64,000 bases of DNA, from the NCBI RefSeq assembly GCF_009914755.1, contig NC_060940.1; one strand, given 5' to 3'. Both the position numbers and the translations under genes were made by a program. The stretch is from the human T2T-CHM13v2.0 reference genome, Homo sapiens. Below are positions 58,290 through 64,000 of this stretch, piece by piece (position 1 is the stretch's first letter; every line of letters starts with the position of its first letter). Under the pieces are notes generated by a model. The model had not been told where the DNA came from. It saw only the letters and a list, made by a program, of their open reading frames with translations, and made no database searches.

Positions 58290-58510
58290 CATTATGTATT
58301 GAACACTGTCGGGTATAAAACTAATTTGTGGTAGATTATTTCATTTAATCTTACGTAAATACCGTAAAGTTGGTATTTCTATTATTATCTCAATTTAACC
58401 AATGGGGAAAATGTATCTTAGAGTGTTATTTTGCCAAAGGTTACACAGTGGTCTTAGTAGGATTTGAACAAGGGCAGTCTAATTCTATAACCCATGGTCT
58501 TCAATACTAC
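58290..58510 (-). mobile_element. MIR
   Basis: ttcatttaatctt..ttgccaaaggttacacag..ggatttgaac. Confidence 0.75.
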
Positions 58511-59449
58511 GGCAAACTATCTCTTTTAAAATAATGGTTTGAGAAATGTTTGGTCCAGAAATAAATATTTCATAAGTATATACTACCTGATGAACATTGA
58601 GCCATATTTTTAAGTTGGTATTTTATCTTCATTAAAACGATGTAAGATAAGTAATCTTATGCCCATTTTACGTAGGATAAAGCTAAAACTCAGATCTAGG
58701 ATAACTCATAGGTAAAAACTGGCATATCCTGTCTTTTGACTTTGGATTTCAGAGTTTTTCCACTAGGGCTTAGAGTTGAACACAAATGGGTTTCAGAAAC
58801 AGGAAAAGAAGCCTCAAGGGTCCAGATACGGAGGACTCTTCCAACTGGACAAGTCTTAGGGAACTTGAATCTGGAAAACCTACGGTTATTATGGGAGCAC
58901 TTCAATCCAAGAAGAAAATGATTCAAATTTGTTATCTCTGTAGTCAAATCTTAGCAACTGCACAATAAATAGGCTGGAAATAATAAGGAATTTTTTTGTT
59001 TGTTTTTTAAAGTGGGCAATGCACAATCATATAGTCAATTACATAAATCCATTGAGTGAAGGACATACACATATATCAAAAATTAAGGGAATAGAAAGTT
59101 GGTTAGTGATGCAGAGACTCTCAAGGATTTGTTACCAGGTTTGACTTTGTACCTATAGAGAGGTTAATTTTTAGGCAATGAGTCAGGAATATTTTAGAGG
59201 CATGACAGTCATCAACATCCAATCTTGTTTTCATTTGGTTTCAATTGTTCTCTATTTACACTTTCACTTTATTCTAATGGCTTGAGCCCCACTTTTTTGG
59301 TGTGATCTAGCATCCTGGAATTTGATTTTAGGTGGCCTGTAAGAGTTTTTCTGGGCATATTATCTTTGGTTCTTCTATTCCTGACTGCATTGGTTAATGT
59401 AGTAGACATAAATGGAATTCAGCAAATTTTTCTAGCTCTCAATAATCTA

Positions 59450-60200
59450 GGCAAATTGTGGATTGAGCTTTTCCACCCCCTTTGAAGTTAGGTGGGAACA
59501 TATGTGATTAATTTTATGTCAACTTGCAGAGTGTTTCTGGATGAGATTAACCCTTAATTGGTGAATTTTGAGTGAGCGGATTGTCCTTTATAATGTAGGT
59601 GGGCCTTGTCTAATCAGTTGAAAGCCTGATTAGAACAAAAAGACTGGCCTCCCCAAGCAACAGGGAATTCTCCAGCAGATTACCTTCAGACTGCATCTGC
59701 ACCACGGTCTTTCCTGGATCTCTGCCTGCCAGCCTGTGGATGGGAACTACACTATTGACTTTCCTGGGTCTCAGGCCTGCTGACTCTCACTACAGATGTA
59801 GACTTGTCACTTTCTATAATTGCATGAACTGATTCCTTACAATAAACCTCTTTCTATATAGATACACATCCTATTGGTTCTATTTGTTAGAAGAATGCAT
59901 CACGTGACTTCTTTTTTGACAAATGCAGCATGTGACTTGCTTTTGTCACAGAAATGAGCATTGGAGTGATACATCACTCTCAGTGAAATTTTTAAGAAGC
60001 AGGTCACAATTCACCTGGTTCCCTTTGTGCCACAGTGGAATGTAGAAGCACGTGTTAAAAATAAAATGTCTTTCAGTCTGGAATCCAAAATGGTCACAAG
60101 GAATACAATGCTTATTTTTATCTGCAAAAATTTTACTGGACTAATAACTGAGAGCAGGGTTTGCTTGTTACTTTGCCTAAACCTAGCCTAAACTAATGCA
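59450..60200 (+). mobile_element. MLT1 (I/J-type) LTR split by MLT2
   Basis: ccctttgaagttaggtgg on the left; catgtgacttgcttt..gaaatgagc..tttaagaagc..tgttact..aacctagcct on the right. Confidence 0.7.
59503..59897 (+). mobile_element. MLT2B-type (ERVL) LTR
   Basis: tgtgattaattttatgtcaacttg..gtgtttctggatgagattaac..aatcagttgaaagcctga..cctattggttct. Confidence 0.9.
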
Positions 60201-61935
60201 AGTAGACTAATTCACCCTAATTCTGGCTTTTAAAACAGAAACCCTCTTGTTTCTATCTGGGCTTGCCAACTCCAAACCTAAATGTGTACAGATTTAGAAT
60301 TGATGGACATATAAAGTATTAATTACCACAAATTATAAAACCTCCAAGCTGAACACTTTTTTAACTTAATATAACATCATGTTCAGAGTCAGTTCTACCA
60401 CTTCAATGTTTCACTCTCTTCAAATACCTAATTGTTACCCTCTTACTTTTATGACAAAGAAGAGTGTGCTTTAGATATATGCCTCATAAAACTCTATATT
60501 ATAACATTGTCAATGGAGAAATATATTTTTCTGAAATTGACTGCACTTATTGTTTGTGTATTTCAAGGACAGTATCAAAATCAACCTTTTCAGTCCCATA
60601 TGACGTTAAATGCAACTTTCAACTTTCCAAATCTGAAGGCTAAAAATTACCTGTACAAATCTTCATAATATATGTTTAACGGAATCTGGTACTTAAAAAA
60701 ATTTTCACGTGCTAAGTGTAATGATTCAGACATATTCTGATTGAATGTTTGAAGTTGATCATTAAAAAAAAAGACAAGATAAAGAAAAATGAGGGGATGT
60801 GTGTTGTGCTTTGCTTCACAAGGAGCATTTGGAAATTTTCCTGACCTCTCATTTTTATTTATTTAAATTAACGATGGCAGCATTCATTGCCATCTGGCCC
60901 CCAGGCACAGTGAGCTAACGAAAAAAAAATAAAAGAAACTTCAAAATAATCATTTAAATGATTTTAAATAATTCAGCCAATGCAAGTGTTGAGAAAGCAT
61001 CATTTGGATTGGCAGAGCAGAATAACTAGACTCCAGGGGTCAGCAAATCTGAATTTAGCCAGTGCTGTGTATTGAAAAAAATTAGATCAGGATGTCCCCA
61101 GGAGGAAACGTGCTTTCCCCCCAGAAAACATGGGATGAGATGGACACTGGGCTGGGCCCAATCTATATACTATTTGCAAACCTTCCCACTCTTTTATCTC
61201 TGGAATTTAGATGATCAAGTTTGCTAGCAGTGTTGGTGTTTGGTATTTGAGACTCTGCATATTAATCCAATTTGAAATCTTATTCCACATTGAAACACAT
61301 CCTGACAAAGCATCAACATCCTGTGTGCACTGATTATTCTCTGATAAGTCCTTGAACGTTTTCCATTTAGTCTGAAACAACTTGAAGCCCGCATGAAAGG
61401 TAATACTGAAAGAACAATCCTAATGTCATTTAGTTCTTCGCTCAGTCAACACATATTTTTGGCAGCACAGGAATATTGTCTTCCACCATCTGTGCAGAAC
61501 AGAATTTGGGTTTTTGTTCAGGATCTGTTAGAATGTGCTTAAAACTCAGTGTGTACCTAGATTTTGATTCTTGCTCTGAGCCCTAATTATGCATTGTTTG
61601 GAATGTAAAGTGGTTGCACTGAAATCTTTTCTCTTCTGTCACTGACATATTATACCAATAAAGTTCAAAATAAAATTTGGTTCAGTGGTAGGTAGTTGAT
61701 TGTTTCATTTTTATGGCGATGTAAATCCAACAGCATTTCATTCAGTTCATTTTGAACGTATAGTCTGAGAGGAATAATTTAAGAATCCAAGAAAACAGTC
61801 ATATACACCAGCATACAAACAAAATGTGACCGAGGGGCTTCAATATACTGAAAATATTTCTCAAAATAACCATTTGAAGAGTACCATTCCCATTGTAACA
61901 GATGACAAAAACTGAGGCTCAAAAATGATACATGA

Positions 61936-62307
<372 letters not shown>

Positions 62308-62544
62308 AGTAAAGCTATATTTTTAACTTAGGCCCAGGTTGTGTCGAAGCACACATTCTACTTATTAAATAAACATGTTCCAATAATATTCTCTCATTTT
62401 GTATGGAGATGAATAAATTCCTCTTATGCTGAGATTGCAGTAGGTTCTTTGCAAGGAAAGCAAAGGAGGGCAGGAGGTTATGTTCTTCCAGAATTTTTAA
62501 GTATAAAGTACAAGGGAGGACATTTAGGAAGCAATTTCTATATT

Positions 62545-62900
62545 ACTATAAGGATGATATTTCTCAAACATAAAACTAATTACACACCATTTTGTTTAAA
62601 CAGCTTTGATGTCTCCCTATATCTACAGGACAAAGTCTAAATTATTTAACATGACATGAATTGAACCCACACCCATCTCCTGATCTTCACCTCTAAAATG
62701 CTAATGTCTTTGTGTCTTAGTTCCAGCTACATTGAATTACTTAGCTCTTCTAGAATGTGACTTTTTTTTCACTTTTCTAAAATTTTACTCATTCTGATTT
62801 TTCTACCTAGAATTTCCTTTCATCCTTTAAAAGGCAAGCACTTATCTATCAAGAATTATTTCAAATACTACCTTCTTCAATAATTCTGTACTTTTTCATC
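62545..62900 (+). mobile_element. L2 fragment
   Basis: atatttctcaaacataaaact..caggacaaagtc..ttccagctacattgaa..ctacctagaat. Confidence 0.65.
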
Positions 62901-63135
62901 CTTTCTGAAACACACGCATGCTTCCAAAACGCATCAATGGCAGCTCTTTTGTGTATATACTTTCTTCCTGGGTAGATAGAATTTAACTGCCTCAAGGTAT
63001 GTGGTAGAATAGTAGCCATTCAGTTTTTGGTTAATATGCAAAAAACTAAGAAACAAAACAGAGAAAGTGTATGTGAAAATAAAAAATGAAAGCACAAAAT
63101 TAAAACCATTACAAGAAACCATCCAGATACCTCTT

Positions 63136-63213
63136 TTTTTAAAAAAAAATCATAATTTGTATTTTAAGTTCTGAGGTACATGTGCAGGATGTGCAGATTT
63201 GTTAAATAGGTAA
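63136..63213 (-). mobile_element. 78-bp L1PA (PA7/8-like) 3'-terminal stub
   Basis: attttaagttctgaggtacatgtgcaggatgtgcag..gttaaataggtaa; perfect 16-bp TSD catccagatacctctt (63120-63135, 63214-63229). Confidence 0.93.
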
Positions 63214-64000
63214 CATCCAGATACCTCTTACAGGAGAGCGATAAGATACTCTTTAGTTCATCTAGTGACATTCCAAAGCAAATGCATTCTATAATTATAA
63301 AGATTAGCTAGATGTTATTTTTTGGGGGAGTTAATTTTGAACTGGGCATTTATTGAAACGGTGGATACTTACCAGCAAAAAAAGACACAGGTCTTGTTAG
63401 CTGCTACATATACAAAGAAAGAAATTGCAGTAGAAATTCTACAAACACACTTTACGTATTGCTACAGAGGAAAAGCACAGAGTCCAAATGTGCACCTCAA
63501 ACCTAGCCTATATGATTATCTTTCTCTCTCCCTCTCACACACACGCGCTTTTTAAAAATAGATTTGGCTAATTATGAACACAAGATGACCAATATTCTAC
63601 ACTTTACAACAAAACTTTGAATGCATTTCTTATAGTTCCTACGTGGTTTCTTTCCTCTCTCTTATTTAGCTTGTTATGGTAATAACTGGAATATTCATCC
63701 AGTATCACTTCTGCTTCAGTAAGTTCCCTTGGTTTTTCCCTGGGAAAAACATAATCATACAATTAAAACTCAAAAAATGATACAATAAGCTCCATAAAAG
63801 TATACATATTGAACTGAGACAGGATTAGCTCCTTCTGAAAGTGGTGGGACTTAGTAGGAGAGACATAAGAGTGGACCCCTGGAGGTCTGCTTAGTGGAGC
63901 CTGTCCAAGAGTTGCCACATTGAAAATGAAACAAGGAAAAAAGAAGGAAAATAGCAAAAAATAAAAGTGGTGATACCATGGAGAGGAGTGGAAAAAGAGG

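Noticed and set aside
58696-58968. Three overlapping 60-83 aa ORFs in unique DNA
   Set aside because: No recognisable homology or splice structure; lengths expected by chance.
63322-63555. ORF with a faint ankyrin-like stretch (TQVLLAATYTKKEIAVEIL)
   Set aside because: Lacks the TPLH/G motif, starts at a non-ATG codon, and has no flanking homology; probably chance. An HMMER/tBLASTn hit would change this.

Overview
AT-rich primate genomic DNA. AluY and LTR12C copies indicate a catarrhine/ape, compatible with human; the locus cannot be named from sequence alone. There is no credible protein-coding gene, RNA gene or CRISPR array, and every ORF in the track is either TE-derived or chance. Roughly two thirds of the window is interspersed repeats: 14 Alu/FLAM copies, several L1s (three old near-full-length but internally deleted, one twin-primed 5'-inverted L1PA, one 78-bp L1PA stub), solo or truncated LTRs (LTR12C, LTR9-like, THE1C, THE1D plus internal sequence, MSTB, MLT1, MLT2), DNA transposons (full-length Tigger1, MER1A, MER20, MER44A, MER81, MADE1) and many MIR/L2 relics. 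The most likely functional element is an intact CpG-rich LTR12C solo LTR whose promoter points leftwards. I found no convincing new biological system. The most unusual signals are small, apparently templated insertions (a ~138-bp copy of a sequence 1.1 kb away flanked by a direct repeat; a 37-bp MER1 piece inside an L1), an Alu with 49 extra 5' bases inside its TSD, and a strong minus-strand candidate exon at 16128-15977. Subfamily names come from remembered consensus sequences and need RepeatMasker/Dfam confirmation; boundaries without a TSD are approximate.
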